From positions 94,860,001 to 94,924,000 of the forward strand of contig OX597817.1 of NCBI GenBank assembly GCA_951406725.2: a stretch of DNA of 64,000 nucleotides, read 5' to 3'. The notes under the pieces were generated by a model. The model was not told where the DNA came from. It did not search any database and saw only the letters and a list, made by a program, of their open reading frames with translations. The position numbers were made by a program, and so were the translations under genes. The DNA comes from Octopus vulgaris (lineage: Eukaryota). This document shows, one piece after another, positions 1-14,621 of the stretch. Position 1 is the stretch's first letter, and the number at the start of each line of letters is the position of its first letter.

Positions 1-428
1 CATACACACAAACACATACACACCCACCTACACACAACAGCCCACTAACTATTCTACCTGTATATAAATATAAACTGTGGGTATGGGGGTATAATTACCT
101 ACTACGTATATTATCTATTTAGTACATGGGAATGTTCCATTTATGAAGACTTACTCCTGTATTTGTCTGGGGTTGGGTCCACACATTTGGAAATACACAT
201 CCATACATACAGACACTGTACACAGTCACAGAAATCTATATACACACAGACACACTCAGACATGCACACACAAGGAGACAGATGTACACACACACATAAA
301 AACACACAAACACAAACAAACAAACAAAAATACTTGAATATGCAGAATACGTACATACAAACGTACACACGTACATATATGCATACGCAAACACACACAC
401 ATACATACATGCATACACACATGCATAC

Positions 429-459
<31 letters not shown>

Positions 460-758
460 CATACATACATACATACATACATACATACATACATACATAC
501 ATACATACATACATTTATACATACATATATGCATACATACAAACATACATAAATACATGTGTATGTGTATACGCACACACAGTGACCCCCACACATGCAC
601 ACAAACAAATAAAAAGGTTGCAAGACGCAACGAAAATTTTAGGAAAAATAAATAAGTAAATGAATGGAAACTTTACGGATGAGTGTGTTAAATAATAAGG
701 CACGAAAAGAGAATAACTCTCCCCAGACGCAACAAAATATGCTTCAACACACGATACT

Positions 759-828
<70 letters not shown>

Positions 829-1781
829 CGTCTGGGGAGAGTCATTCTCTTTTAGTGCCTTATTACTTAACACACACACACACCGGTAAAAATCCACTCA
901 TTTACTTATTTATTTTCCCCAAAATTTTCGTTGCGTCTTAACCTTTACAATAGTCGTTGACCCTACCCGTTATCCGAGCTGCTTCTTTTTGTTTGTTTGT
1001 GCGCATGTGTATGGGTCACTGTATGTTTTTATGTGTGTTTGCATGTGTGTGTGTGTGTATACCTCTATCTCCTTTTGTGTGCTTGTCTGAGTGTGTCTGT
1101 GCGTGTGTACGGGTTTTTGTGACTAAGTATGTGTCTATATATATGGATGTGTATCTCCATATGAGTGGATGTGTGTCTCCATATTGTGTCCTTTTGTGAA
1201 GTGAAGTGTGTGTGTATATGGTCATGTGTTTCAGTCTTTATTTGCGTATGTGTGTGTATGTGTACTTGTCTGTTCATTTTACCTATATACATATCCGTCT
1301 ATATGTCTATATATTTACATTCATCTCTATTTGCCTACATACATGTGCATATATGTATACATACACACAAACACATACACACCCACCTACACACAACAGC
1401 CCACTAACTATTCTACCTGTATATAAATATAAACTGTGGGTATGGGGGTATAATTACCTACTACGTATATTATCTATTTAGTACATGGGAATGTTCCATT
1501 TATGAAGACTTACTCCTGTATTTGTCTGGGGTTGGGTCCACACATTTGGAAATACACATCCATACATACAGACACTGTACACAGTCACAGAAATCTATAT
1601 ACACACAGACACACTCAGACATGCACACACAAGGAGACAGATGTACACACACACATAAAAACACACAAACAAACAAACAAAAATACTTGAATATGCAGAA
1701 TACGTACATACAAACGTACACACGTACATATATGCATACGCAAACACACACACATACATACATGCATACACACATGCATAC

Positions 1782-1812
<31 letters not shown>

Positions 1813-2071
1813 CATACATACATACATACATTTATACATACATATATGCATACATACAAACATACATAAATACATGTGTATGTGTATACGCACACACAGT
1901 GACCCCCACACATGCACACAAACAAATAAAAAGGTTGCAAGACGCAACGAAAATTTTAGGAAAAATAAATAAGTAAATGAATGGAAACTTTACGGATGAG
2001 TGTGTTAAATAATAAGGCACGAAAAGAGAATAACTCTCCCCAGACGCAACAAAATATGCTTCAACACACGA
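1..2071. repeat. Tandem duplication, period about 1359 bp
   Basis: 1-752 is repeated nearly identically at 1360-2071; the differences I saw are mainly (ACAT)n and (AAAC)n lengths. Confidence 0.9.
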
Positions 2072-2141
2072 ACTCACATAAAGAATCTTGCAAACAAAAT
2101 CCCAAAATGAAATATATATATATATACATATACATATACAT

Positions 2142-2206
<65 letters not shown>

Positions 2207-2211
<5 letters not shown>

Positions 2212-2810
2212 ATATTTCGGAATGGTCATTTTGCCAGTTTAGCCAATAAAAACACACGCACTATATAGTTGGTGTTACTTTGCTTCAGTGTTCCTTATTT
2301 TTTACATTAATCTTAATCTTATTTCGGCCAGAGTTCTTTCGTCACACTCCTGTGACCGCATCAGTAGTCCTTTGTTTTCTTCTTTCTTATTTGTGTCTCT
2401 CCTTACTAACCGTCAGCCATTTTGTATTTTTATTGTATGTCTTCATTTGCGCATGCTATATCTGTATGTGCGTCTATGTTTATTTAGTGTGGGGGGGGGT
2501 GCCTGTAATATTTGTATCTTCTGTTTATATTCTGTTTATATACGTTCATGTAATTTGTTTTTGTTGTTGTTTTTGTTGTTATTCATGTGTTTATATCCAC
2601 TTATTATTATCATTACATAATCTTGTATGTATGTATGTATAACAAGAATACTAGTAATAATAATAATAAATAAATAAAAACTTTCAAATTTAAAAAAAAA
2701 CTTATATAGTTATTTATTTATTAGCTAAACTGGCAAAATGACCATTCCGAAACATAACAATATCTGTTTCAACACACGACTTCACATAAAAAATCTTGCA
2801 CAACAAATAT
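2207..2810 (-). mobile_element. Non-coding Penelope/retrozyme-like fold-back element in (TA)n
   Basis: About 45-bp inverted ends (2207-2250 vs 2716-2760); internal hammerhead-like motif; TA tracts on both sides. Confidence 0.6.
2326..2370 (-). ncRNA. Minimal type I hammerhead-like motif (extra-G variant, C3-G8)
   Basis: ggacta CTGATGC G gtcaca-ggag-tgtgac GAAA gaac TC tggcc; A9C change and imperfect stem I. Confidence 0.5.
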
Positions 2811-2816
2811 ATAAAC

Positions 2817-2861
<45 letters not shown>

Positions 2862-3160
2862 TATAACGGTTTTCATTACACATTATCTGGAACACATCCC
2901 AACTACACGGAATTAGACAACCCAAAACTTCGTTAGAGGACACTTCTCATTGTGATGCGCTATGGTATCCGAAATCTGGGACCGTTATACAAATATACCT
3001 ACTCCCATACATTACAACACGAATTGTCTTGAGAAAGAGAAGAATCATGTATTACAGAAACAGTCTCGTGTCACCTTATAAGCTTTACATACTCATGTGC
3101 ATGTGTGTGTAATATATACTTGGTGTAGTGTAAGTGTATGAGGAAGATGATATGACTCAC

Positions 3161-3282
3161 TCAGATTCCACTAGAGCTTCAGTGGCCTTCAGGCTAAGCA
3201 AAAGTTTCAAACAGCCATTCATTGTTTCTAAGGGATTGTTAGTCGTTTCATCCAACTGATCGCTCCCATCCATCATCAGCTC
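3161..3282 (-). CDS. AGBL2: Probable C-terminal-region exon of the CCP2/3-like gene
   Basis: ttattaccacag / gtgagt. Translates ELMMDGSDQLDETTNNPLETMNGCLKLLLSLKATEALVES; phase 0 to 2, so the gene continues left of the window. Confidence 0.7.
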
Positions 3283-3404
3283 CTGTGGTAATAATAAAAA
3301 CAGAGAATAATTTACATATACAGACCCCGACACACACAAACACAAACACACACACACACACACAAACACACATACACGCGCAAAAAGTATGAAAAACGGC
3401 TATA

Positions 3405-3449
<45 letters not shown>

Positions 3450-3452
<3 letters not shown>

Positions 3453-5650
3453 GACGATATTATAAAGTTAGTTAGAAATGTAAAATTCAACCCAAAATCC
3501 AACAAGTTCCAACACATTACAGACACACATCGAACCTTTCAAAACGTCAACAAACATGTTTATCAAAGCAGATAAAACAAAAAAATATTTATGAAGTAAA
3601 CAACTAAATACACAACAAATTATTAGCCGGCAACATAATTAAAACATACAAGAAAACAAACCCCAATACTTATAATTCAATTAATATAGAAGCAAAAAAT
3701 TCAGCCACAAAGTTTAAAACAGAAGACAATGTACAAAAAACTTATACCACGAAATCCTTTAGTAACTCTGAAAAACCATAAAGATAACCTCACGCAAAAT
3801 TCTAGCTGTAGATTAATAAATCCCACAAAAAGCGAAATAGTAGTTATGAACTTTTGAATGATTAAAAAAAATAAAAGATAAATCTAAATGCAAATTTATA
3901 TAGTTCGATATCGTAGAGTTCTACCCCTCGATCTCCAAAAGCTTGCTTCAGAAGGCACTTGAATTTAGTAAGACATATGTCACTATAACAAATACTGATA
4001 TAGATATAATTTTGAACGCAAGAAAGCCATTACTCTTTCATGATAATTTATATTGGGTAAAAAAAAGAATGGAGACGAGCGATTTGAGGTGGAAATGGAG
4101 AGCTATGACGATGTAGAGATAGCTGATCTTGTAGGCCTTTATATCCAAGACATCCTTAAAAAAGAAATAAAAGAAGCTAACATAGGTTTATATAGGGACG
4201 ATGGCCTGGGAGAAGTGTACAATAAAAACGGACATGAGATAGATAGAATAGCGAAAACATTATGCCAAATATTTAGCCACTTAGGCCTAATAATCACAAT
4301 TAGAAGTCAACTTCCTAGACATTAACATGAATCATAACTCAGAAAAATTTAAACACTACCACAAACCAAACGAGGAAGCCTTGTACATAGACATAGGTTT
4401 CAACCACCCACCAGCAGTAATTAGACAAATGGTTAACAACATTTTCAGGCGCGTCTCCAATTTATCCGCCGACAAAGATACTTTTCAAAGGTCACCCTAT
4501 ATTATAACGCTGCATTAGAAAGGTCCACCTTCAAGAATACTACATTGAACCAAATATTAATAGACCAAGAAGATGCAGACAGAGTATGTATGTAGCTACT
4601 AACATAGCTAGGAAGTTTTTAAAACTAATAGACAACCACTTTCCACATTCACACAAATATCACAAGATCTTCAACATTAAAGTTAGCTCTAGTTGCCTCC
4701 CCAATATAGGGTCAATAATACTCAATCACAATAAATATAAACACACAAGAAACACCCCGTAAGACAATGAAACTGTAGATCCCCAAACCACTGGCCTCTA
4801 AACAACAACTGTCTCGAGAAAGAACTCGTATACAAGGCCAAGATCACAGACCCCAACGGAATAGCAACGAAGTACATTGGAATGACGTGCAACGCCTTCA
4901 AGGAAAGGTATACGCAACGTCTGGCGTCATTCAAAGATAAAAAAATTCTTTAAAGTACATGCAACATCCCTGTCAAATATGATATGGACATTTAAAGAAG
5001 GTAAAATAAGCAACCTCCAGACAGAATGGAAAATTATTAATAAAATCATAAAGTACAGAGCACGGGGCACCACATGTGAACTTTGTATTACTGAAAAGTT
5101 AAACAGTATACGATCAACAGATAACAACCTAAACATTAGGGATGAAACCTTCTCCCCCTGCATACACACGACATATTTTACACTCAAATATTTCAAGGAG
5201 CCACTATCTGCGACGTAATCCCAGCAGGATGTCCCCTTTCCTAAACGTGAAATCTGAACACACATAGCACACAAACTCCACACACAGGAGAAATATGACC
5301 CAATGACGAACTACCTCGACACACAAGTATAAGAGCACAATACCCAAACAAAAACTAAATAATGCAAACAAATTGACCACACAACAATTTACTCAAAAAA
5401 CAAATCCAAGGGAGGCAAACATCCAAGAGAAGCCATTCAAGAGTAACGTCCCTTGAAACATTGATTCATTGTTTTATTCACGTGAATTCACGTGAATCTT
5501 CGGGAACTAAACGAGGCTGTGTTTCCCAAAATAGAGGCGAACACCTTTCTCCATGTCACTGATTTGAAAAATTGTTAAGACACTAGGATATCTTCCTACT
5601 TTTCTTAACACGAAACCTATGGTAGCTTTCATTCACAAATGAAGAATGTG
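3450..5650 (+). mobile_element. Degenerate Penelope-like retroelement (RT + GIY-YIG)
   Basis: RT fragments (SYD..EIADLVGLYI, GLYRDDGLG, NHPPAVI) followed by GIY-YIG fragments (LVYKAKI...KYIGMT, EWKII...CELCITEK); many frameshifts. Confidence 0.85.
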
Positions 5651-5866
5651 TGTCTGTGTGTGTCTGTGTGTGTGTGTCTGTGTGTGTGCGTGTGCGTGTG
5701 TGCGTGCGTGTGTATGTATTCAATTATAGAAATAAATTGACATATGTATAGGCAATAAGCAAATTGGTTGATAGATAAAAGCCTAAAAACTTGTCGAAAT
5801 CACTAAGTTTAAAGTGGTGGCATTCTTCGGTAGTGTGTGTGTGTGTACATACTTATACATACATAC

Positions 5867-5915
<49 letters not shown>

Positions 5916-6139
5916 AACTGGGACAAGAACGCAAAACATTTAGAAGACGATACAAAAAACACGGACAGGATATTCGAAGCCTTCAATCTTCAGTCAAGAA
6001 CCGGATCATCCTCGCAATTTCGGCTGATTAATCTGTATATATATGTATATATATGTATATATATGTGCGTGTGTGTGTGTGTATACATACATACATACAT
6101 ATATACATACATACATACATACATACATACATACATACA

Positions 6140-6173
<34 letters not shown>

Positions 6174-7460
6174 CGAGGGGCGTTCAATAAGTAATGCTCC
6201 TGACCCACTTCCCATAGCAGTAGAGCAACGAAACTTGACACAGTTATTAGCCTTTTTCTACATAGGAACCACCCAGAGTTACGCATTTCTCCCATTGTTT
6301 TATGCAGCTCTGGAGACCGTTTTTGTAGAAGACCCCAGCTTGGTCCTCCAACCTGAACGTGACTTCAGAAATCAAGGCTGCATCATCTGGGAAACGCTTT
6401 CCTTTCAAAAACAACTTCATGACTGGGAAGAGGTGAAAATCAGAGGGTGCAAGGTCAGGAAAGTAGGGGGATGGGGTGGAGTTCATAGCCATACGCCTGT
6501 GCTGCTGATCTGGCGACAAGCGAGTTGTGGACCGGAGCGTTGTCCTGCAGAAGGAGGATGCCTTTGCTATCTTGCCCCGCCTCTTAATTTTGATAGCTTC
6601 TCTTAATTTCCTCAAAAGTGAAGCATAATAAGCTCCTGCAATTGTGGTACCCTTTGCCAGGAAATCTGTCATCACTACTCCGTCCTGGTCCCAGAAGACT
6701 GTGAGCATGACCTTGCCAGCAGAGGGCTGCACCCTTGCCTTCTTTGGAGGGGGTGAGTCACGGTGCTTCCACTGCATTGACTGGGCTTTGGTCTCTGGAT
6801 CATCGTGATGGACCCAGGTTTCATCCTGTGTAATCAGTCTTTTGAAAAATTTTGACTCATCTTCTTGTCACATCTCCAAATTCACCCTCGAGCACTCGAC
6901 GCGCTCTTGCTTCTGGAAAGGCGTGAGCAACCTGGGAATCCATCTGGCAGACACCTTTTGCATATGCAAATGGTCATGAATGATAGTTTCCACAGACCCG
7001 GTACTAATCTTGACCTCATGGGCTATTTGGCGAATAATTATGCGTCGATCTTCCAAAATGGCAGCCTCAACTTGACGGACAGATGCCTCATCAATGGCAG
7101 AAGGGGCGACCAGATCTGGGAGCTGTTTCCACAGAGTTCCGACCATGTTTGAATTCACGATGCCAGCGTTTTACAAGGTCATATGATGGGGCATCATCAC
7201 CAAAGTTACTTTCATTTCATCAAAAGTCTCCCGTGGTGTGCGTCCTTTCAAATACAAAAACCGGATCACTGCTCGACACTCAACAGGCTCCATTTCACAC
7301 TTGACTCGGTTCAAACACCTGTAAATCAGAAACCACAATTAATTCGGAGCTGTAATTTGCCACTTACTCTATAGAGATATAAATGATTGCACATGCAAAA
7401 TTTCAGCTAGATCAAACAACTGCAAGTGGGTCAGAGACATTACTTATTGAACGTCCCTCG
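6174..7460 (-). mobile_element. Mariner DNA transposon, full length 1287 bp, frameshifted transposase
   Basis: TIRs cgaggggcgttcaataagtaatg / cattacttattgaacgtccctcg with TA on both sides. Motifs WIPRLLT, QWKHRDSPPPKK, GKVMLTVFWD and YFPDLAPSDFHLF. Confidence 0.95.
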
Positions 7461-7529
<69 letters not shown>

Positions 7530-7844
7530 GTGTGCGTGAAAGTATCTGTTACAAATATATATAAAGACAGAAAGGGGGAGATAGAGGGGTGAGAATTAAT
7601 ATTTTCATACCCTCATTCAATCAAATAGAAATATATTACTTAATTACTCTTTGAAAGAGCTATATTTGGAAATAGAGCAGGCAGAAGTGAAAGAGGCCAA
7701 TATAAAATGTCAAAGCTAAAGCCATGCACACCTATTCAATACACTGCCTACTAAAATATTAGTATTTATAGATAGAATTATTAACACTTCAGTATTAATA
7801 GTATACAATATGCATGCATGTATGTGTGTGTGGTTGCGTGCGAG

Positions 7845-7924
<80 letters not shown>

Positions 7925-8557
7925 TGTGTGTGCGCGTGCCTGTGTATGTATATGCATACGTTGATTATAAATATGTGTGTGTCTGCATAAATTTCTTACG
8001 TTACAGACGTAATAGTAATGTTCGTTTGACACCATAATGTACTGCAGAATAAACTGAGGTAAATTTATTGTATATTGCATCACAGGTTAATTTGTGCAAC
8101 TAGTGGGAATAAGACTGTATATTAATAATGCATATGTAAGATGCTCTTAAAAACATATTAAATATAATACGGGTACTTTCCTCTATAAACTCTCATAAGT
8201 TATATTGGCAAAAGGCGCATTGACATAACATATTGACAAGGGCAATAGGATAAATACAGAAAATGAAAAATGGCCAAAAAGAGAGAGGTGTGAGTCGGGG
8301 ACAATAGGTCAAGAAAAAAAATATACAGAATTAGATTCTTAAATAATAACTAAATAATGTGATAAAGGTGTCGGCAAAAGCTAAAATTTACCAATGTTGA
8401 AGTAATATCAACGTTAAGGGTAAGAAAACTATTTGATCTATCAATTGGTGATTGATATATGTATATGTGATTTTTGTTTTAAGAAACGAGACAATACATA
8501 TATTTTCTGAGTATAAATATTGTACTTCTATGTGTCATTAATCGGAGGTTTCACAGA

Positions 8558-8594
<37 letters not shown>

Positions 8595-9707
8595 ACACAC
8601 ACACACTCACACACACAGAAATATGTGTTTGTAGGTATTTATGTATATGCGTGTGTATGTACGTGTTGATGGATGGATGGATGTACGTATATATATATAT
8701 ATATATATATGAAGTATGAATATTGCCCTAACGAGAGGTGGGGACAGCAGGACCATGTGACCCCGGAAGTCGCTGTAGATATCCAGGGCTCATAAAAAAG
8801 TATATTAGCTAACATTGAATTAGTTCCGATCATGTTCCAACAATAATTTGATTAACACAAATCAACTCTAAAACATCTTCAAATCTATTTCCAAAAATGA
8901 TAACTGCCAAAAGAAGTGGACACTCTACAGAAAGATGTTGAACAAAACAAACTGCTCACTGAAAGCTATTAAAAAGAATAAATATAATTGATAGCGTTGC
9001 TATTATAATAATAACACTGTGTAACATAATTTTTGTCTGTCTTTGAGTAGCAACAGTTATTTCCTATTTTCTTATTCCTAGAAAGTATGAAAAATGGCTA
9101 ATATTTCCTTCAAACTTTGATTTTATTACATATATTCAAACCCCAAAGAATCCCTCTCAACACATGGCTATGATGCTCCCCTTCTATTCCTGTTCGTGAT
9201 CAGAGATGCACATATTCTCGGCCATTAAAGGGTGACAATAAGCTCAAGTGGTTAAGGTCAAGCAGCTGACAAGCGAGTATTTGCGACTAAGATATTTCCG
9301 CTTCAGCAACTCGGCGCTGAAACTGTCTTGAAATGTAATGGAAAATAGGTCAATTTCAAAACATTGATGTCCAGATCACAAAAGCAAAGTTTGAAGGGAA
9401 TACTAGTCATTTCCTTTGATTTCTATATAGAAGTAAATAGGAAATAACACTTTCTGACGAAAAACAAAAAGGGATAAAAATGTTGTTACACACTTGTTTC
9501 TAATACAGGAACAAGGCCTGAACTTTAGGGAAGGAGGCATGTGGATGAAATCGAATTCATTACTTCATAAGCACTTTAGTTCATTGAACCCGGAAGGTTG
9601 AAAGGCAAAGCCAGCCTCGGTAGGATTTGAACTTAGGGCGTAAAAAACCGAAAGAAATATCGTTAAGCATTTTGTCCGACCTACTTACGAATCTGCCAGA
9701 TGGCTGT

Positions 9708-9781
<74 letters not shown>

Positions 9782-9782
<1 letters not shown>

Positions 9783-11400
9783 CCCTGAAAAGAGGAAAAC
9801 TAGTTAAGAGTAGCAACATCACACTAGATAAAACCAATGAAATAAGAGAATTAGACCAAAGCCAAACTTACAAATACTTAGGAATCCATGAACTAGATAA
9901 GACACAACACACACAAATGAAAGAGAAAATAAAAAAAGAATATTATAGACGAGTTAGATCAATACTAAAAACAGAGCTCAATGCTAAAAACAAGATAATA
10001 GGTATTAACACTTTAGCTGTCCCAGTTATAAGTTACAGCTACAATATCCTTAACTGGACACTAAATGAACTGACCAAAATAGATAGGAAAACAAGAAAAA
10101 TAATGACAGGATCTAGGATGCATCACCCAAAATCTGACATAGAAAGACTATATATTCAACGTATAGAAGGTGGTAGAGGCCTTATACAGCTGGAAAACTA
10201 CTATAAAATAACCACCATAGGACTTCAAAAATATCTACTTCAGAAGGAAGGAAAACTGATACAAACAGCGGCAAAACACGAGCAAAACAAAAAACTGTTC
10301 TCAGTATTTAAGGAAGCTGACAAATACAAACAAGAAATCATATCACCTAATAAATATGAAGAAGAAGAAGAAGAAGAAGAAGAAGAAGAAGAAGAAGAAG
10401 AAGAAGAAGAAGAAGAAGAAGAAGAAGAAGAAGAAGAAGAAGAAGAAGAAGAAGAAAGAAGAAGAAACAACAAAAGCTATAAAACAAATTAAATCCAAAC
10501 TAAAACTAGAACAGCAAAGAACCATGATAAAACGATGCCAAGAAAAGCCCCTTCATGGTAAATACTGGACTAAACTAAATGCAAAAGAAATAGACAAAGA
10601 AAAATCCCAGCAATGGTTGAGAAGCTCAGGACTCAATGCACAGACAGAGGGATTTTTAATTGCAGCCCAAGACCAAAGCCTCCCCACCAGAAATTACCAA
10701 AAACATGTAATGAAAAGAAATATAACAAGTAACTACAGAATATGTGGAGATGGACAAGAAACAATAAATCATATTATCTCTGGCTGCCCAGTCCTGGCTA
10801 AGAAGGAATATATTCACAGACATAACAGAGTTGGAACCTACATACACTGGAAGCTATGCCAACATTATGGAATAACAACAGAAAAAAGATGGTATAGGCA
10901 CACACCAGAAAAGGTCACAGAAAACGAGAAAGCAACCGTACTCTGGGATATGCCGATACACACAGATAGAGAAATTAAGGCCAACAGACCAGATATAGTT
11001 GTCAGAGATCATGAGGAAAAAAATGCTTTCTAATTGATGTATCAATACCGGCAGATGATAACGTGTCTCTAAAAGAAATGGAGAGACTTTCAAAATACAA
11101 AGACCTGGAAATAGAGGTAACCAGAATGTGGAATCTAAAAACAGAAACAATTCCTATCATAGTAGGTGCATTAGTCATGATAAAAAAATATTCAGACAAA
11201 TATATAACAAAAACACCAGGACTTACAAACACATATAACATACAGAAAATTGCACTACTAGGCACTGCACACATCCTACACAGAACACTTTCCATACAAT
11301 AACCATCAGAGCATCACAACAAATCACAGCACATACCCAAGGCACACAGAGCTGCGCTCGGTAGTGAAGTGAAAGCACGCTATAAAAATAAAACTACTGA
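9782..11400 (+). mobile_element. 5'-truncated R4/Dong-like non-LTR retrotransposon (RLE type) in (TAA)n
   Basis: YKYLGI, ERLYIQRIEGGRGL, AAQDQ, RIC...ETINHIISGC, RHN and NRPDIV (restriction-like endonuclease). (TAA)n on both sides; internal (GAA)n expansion at 10358-10466. Confidence 0.88.
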
Positions 11401-11403
11401 ATG

Positions 11404-11456
<53 letters not shown>

Positions 11457-11458
<2 letters not shown>

Positions 11459-11887
11459 ACAGATTTGCTTGTCAGTTGTTTGACCTTAACCAGTTGAGCA
11501 TGTCCCCTAGTGGCTGACGATATGTGCATCTCTGATCACGAGCAGAAGTAGTGGGGGAGCATCATAGCCATGTATTGAGAGGGATTCTTTGGGGTTTGAA
11601 TAATTCACCTCTGGAAACATGGGTGGTTCTTTCAACATCCTTAAACAACCCTTATTCAGGGACCTTTTGAGTGGGATGGGTTACTCAACCTGAAGAAAAT
11701 TCTAACTGGGCCCCGCCTGCAAGGTCACGTGCTGTTTATCTTGATATGAGATCACCATGTCGCGCACATATGGTTGTGATGCATGTGCCTGGTGTACCCT
11801 TATCAGACGGGTAGTCATGATGGGTATACTGGGCTTCGTATATTTTACCCCAGTGTCACTTTGATGGCATGAACTGCTCTCTCACTC
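11457..11887 (+). mobile_element. 5'-truncated copy of a ~555-bp (TAA)n-embedded non-coding interspersed repeat
   Basis: Near-identical to 38210-38642; flanked by (AAT)n. Confidence 0.85.
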
Positions 11888-11975
<88 letters not shown>

Positions 11976-12092
11976 GCCCTGATGCAGTAGCAGGTAGTGG
12001 CTCTCGTGGCTTCTAATATCATAAAAATTACTAGAATTAGGAATTAAATGTGAAAATATTATCAAGTAGCTAGCAGAGAACCGCCTGGAGGG

Positions 12093-12238
12093 AAGAAGAA
12101 GAAGAAGAAGAAGAAGAAGAAGAAGAAGAAGAAGAAGAAGAAGAAGAAGAAGAAGAAGAAGAAGAAGAAGAAGAAGAAGAAGAAGAAGAAGAAGAAGAAG
12201 AAGAAGAAGAAGAAGAAGAAGAAGAAGAAGAAGAAGAA
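12093..12238. repeat. (GAA)n microsatellite
   Basis: Pure GAA tract. Confidence 0.95.
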
Positions 12239-13009
12239 GGGTCTGGATTCGCTAACCCAAACAGTAAGGATATTGAGTAGCCCATCCCGCTAAAAAGTTT
12301 TCTGAATAAGGTTTGTTTAAGAATGATGAATGAAACACCCATATTTTCAAAGGTGAATTATTCAAACCCCCAAAGAATTTCTCTCAACACATGGCTATAA
12401 TGCTTCCCCACTACCCCTGGTCGTGATCAGAGATGCACATATTTTCGGTCACTAAGGGACATGCTCGTCAGCCAAGTGGTTATGGTCAAGCAACTGACAA
12501 GCAAATTTGTGGTATTGAGAAGATTATTTGCTGTAGCCCATCTTCTATACCAAGACAAATCATGTACATGATGACACTTCAAGTCAGTTAAGATCAGAAG
12601 CCATGGGAGCCACTGCTTGGTACTGCATTAGGGCATTTATTACTATCATCAATAATATTAATACGCCAATTTGTTTTTTGTACGTAGCTGAAGCGTGTGT
12701 CACGCTTAAGGGAAAGAAATTACTGAAAGAAATTTTGTTGCTAAAATAAAAGTTTTTAACTAGATCTCTTGTAATTTCTGGAAGAGATTTGAAACCACCA
12801 CCTATGTGTTGTATTACTACTTCTCTCTACACATGCCTACTTGTCCACCGAAGCAGCAACAGTCTTATTGGGATACTTAAATTTGACGCGTGTCGAGAAA
12901 GGGAGAGACAAAGTGAGAAACAAAGAGAGAGTGAGAAGGAGTGGCTGAATTCCTTTGAATTCCTTTTTACAATTGAACAGAAATTGACCCCTGGCTATTA
13001 AAAGCCCAA

Positions 13010-13065
<56 letters not shown>

Positions 13066-13324
13066 TTGTTTCAGGTCTTCTGCCCATTTGAAATCGGCAA
13101 TACACCAGATAACTTGTTAAGTCATATATTCCAAAATTTAAGTGTTGTATTTGTTTTAATTATAAAATTGCACCTCAGCTAAAAAAAACATCTTTTGGCT
13201 TTCGAACACAACCTTTTCTTTCTCTTTCTATATTTTTGTTAAGTTACAATTTCTCTGTTTCGGTCAGGATTTTTCCAATTTCTGTTTTCATGTATCAAGT
13301 AATGAGTGAAAGCATTAAAAAAAT

Positions 13325-13485
13325 TAAATTCATAGAGCCGAACAACTGGTACTTAATTTATCGACTCCGAAAGGATGAAATGCAAAGTCAGCCTCGGCAG
13401 AATTTGAACTTAGAACGTAATGACAGACGAAAAACAGCTAAGCTACTTCACCCGACGTGCTAACGATTCAGCCTGCTCGCCGCCT
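13325..13485 (-). mobile_element. tRNA-derived SINE, family with ggcggcgagctggcagaa head
   Basis: A/B-box-like head on the minus strand; related copies at about 9495-9705, 19170-19370, 24435-24628 and 41087-41293. Confidence 0.75.
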
Positions 13486-13588
13486 TTAACTGTTATAATA
13501 TACAAACATTTCTCATAGCACCAGTACACAATTTACAGTTGCTTAAACTTTTTATATTTTCCGTTAATATTTTCACGGATCCAGCTAC

Positions 13589-13725
<137 letters not shown>

Positions 13726-13759
13726 GACCATTATGACTCTAACCACTGAGCCATTATAT

Positions 13760-13915
13760 TATGGCTCAGTGATTAGAGCGTCAAGCTACGACCGTGAGGT
13801 TGTGAGCTCGAATCCCGCACTGGGCTGCGTGTTGGGTTCTTGAGCAAGACACTTTATTTCACGTTGCTCGGAGGGTAACTTTCTGGGCGCAATCCCATGG
13901 TCATTCGTGACCGAA
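13760..13915 (+). mobile_element. tRNA-derived SINE fragment
   Basis: tggctcagtgattagagc (A box), gagctcgaatccc (B box), then ttcttgagcaagacacttt body. Confidence 0.7.
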
Positions 13916-14089
13916 GAGGAGGGGTCTCCGATTGACCATTACTTTAATTTAGTATACGACTGGAGGATGATGTGCAATTCGATGACACATTACAAAACAA
14001 TGAGTTCCAGTTGATATAGAACTAACAAATGCACGTGATACTCTATCATTCAGCAACAGTTATAAAATATAAAGAAAATGATTCCTTAC

Positions 14090-14304
14090 TTGAATCTTGT
14101 CATTACTGCCGTAGGTTGGCGTTGTTCTCTGTTGTGGCATCACTAATAGATCTTCACTGGCGGCATCCATTCTACTTCCAGAATAATTCAAGCCAGAAAC
14201 TGCTGAATCAACAATTTCACCCTCAGTTGTATCTTTTTCGTCACCTCGATTCTGGTTCTGATTGTTTGAATGATGTCTTTTCGACGCATGGAAGTCGTTC
14301 TTTG
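14090..14304 (-). CDS. AGBL2: Probable C-terminal-region exon of the CCP2/3-like gene
   Basis: ttcttatatag / gtaagg. Open frame (A)KNDFHASKRHHSNNQ...TYGSNDKIQ; phase 1 to 0; unique non-repetitive sequence. Confidence 0.72.
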
Positions 14305-14531
14305 CTATATAAGAAAACAAAATGGATGTCTTTTTTCATTTGAGGTCTTAAAGGCCGCTTCACATAATGAAGCGATCACGATTGTTCATTGCTATTCAAG
14401 GCAGACTGATTCTATTGTTTATTTCCCACGTATGTACATAACATAGGCGCAAAAAGAAATTCCCAATGCATATGTATGTGTGTGCGTTTAGTGGTTAGCG
14501 TTACAAAAGGCATCCAGTAGTAGAAACCGAA

Positions 14532-14566
<35 letters not shown>

Positions 14567-14588
14567 AGAACAAAGTGTACGTACGCCG

Positions 14589-14617
<29 letters not shown>

Positions 14618-14621
<4 letters not shown>

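Noticed and set aside
141-1947. Many ORFs rich in YI, CV, HT and MYVC repeats (also throughout the window)
   Set aside because: They are translations of (TA)n, (CA)n, (ACAT)n and (GATA)n microsatellites, not genes.
3157-3160. TGA ending the ORF at 3157 as the CCP stop codon
   Set aside because: It overlaps a consensus gtgagt donor, so splicing onward is more likely; a terminal exon is not excluded.
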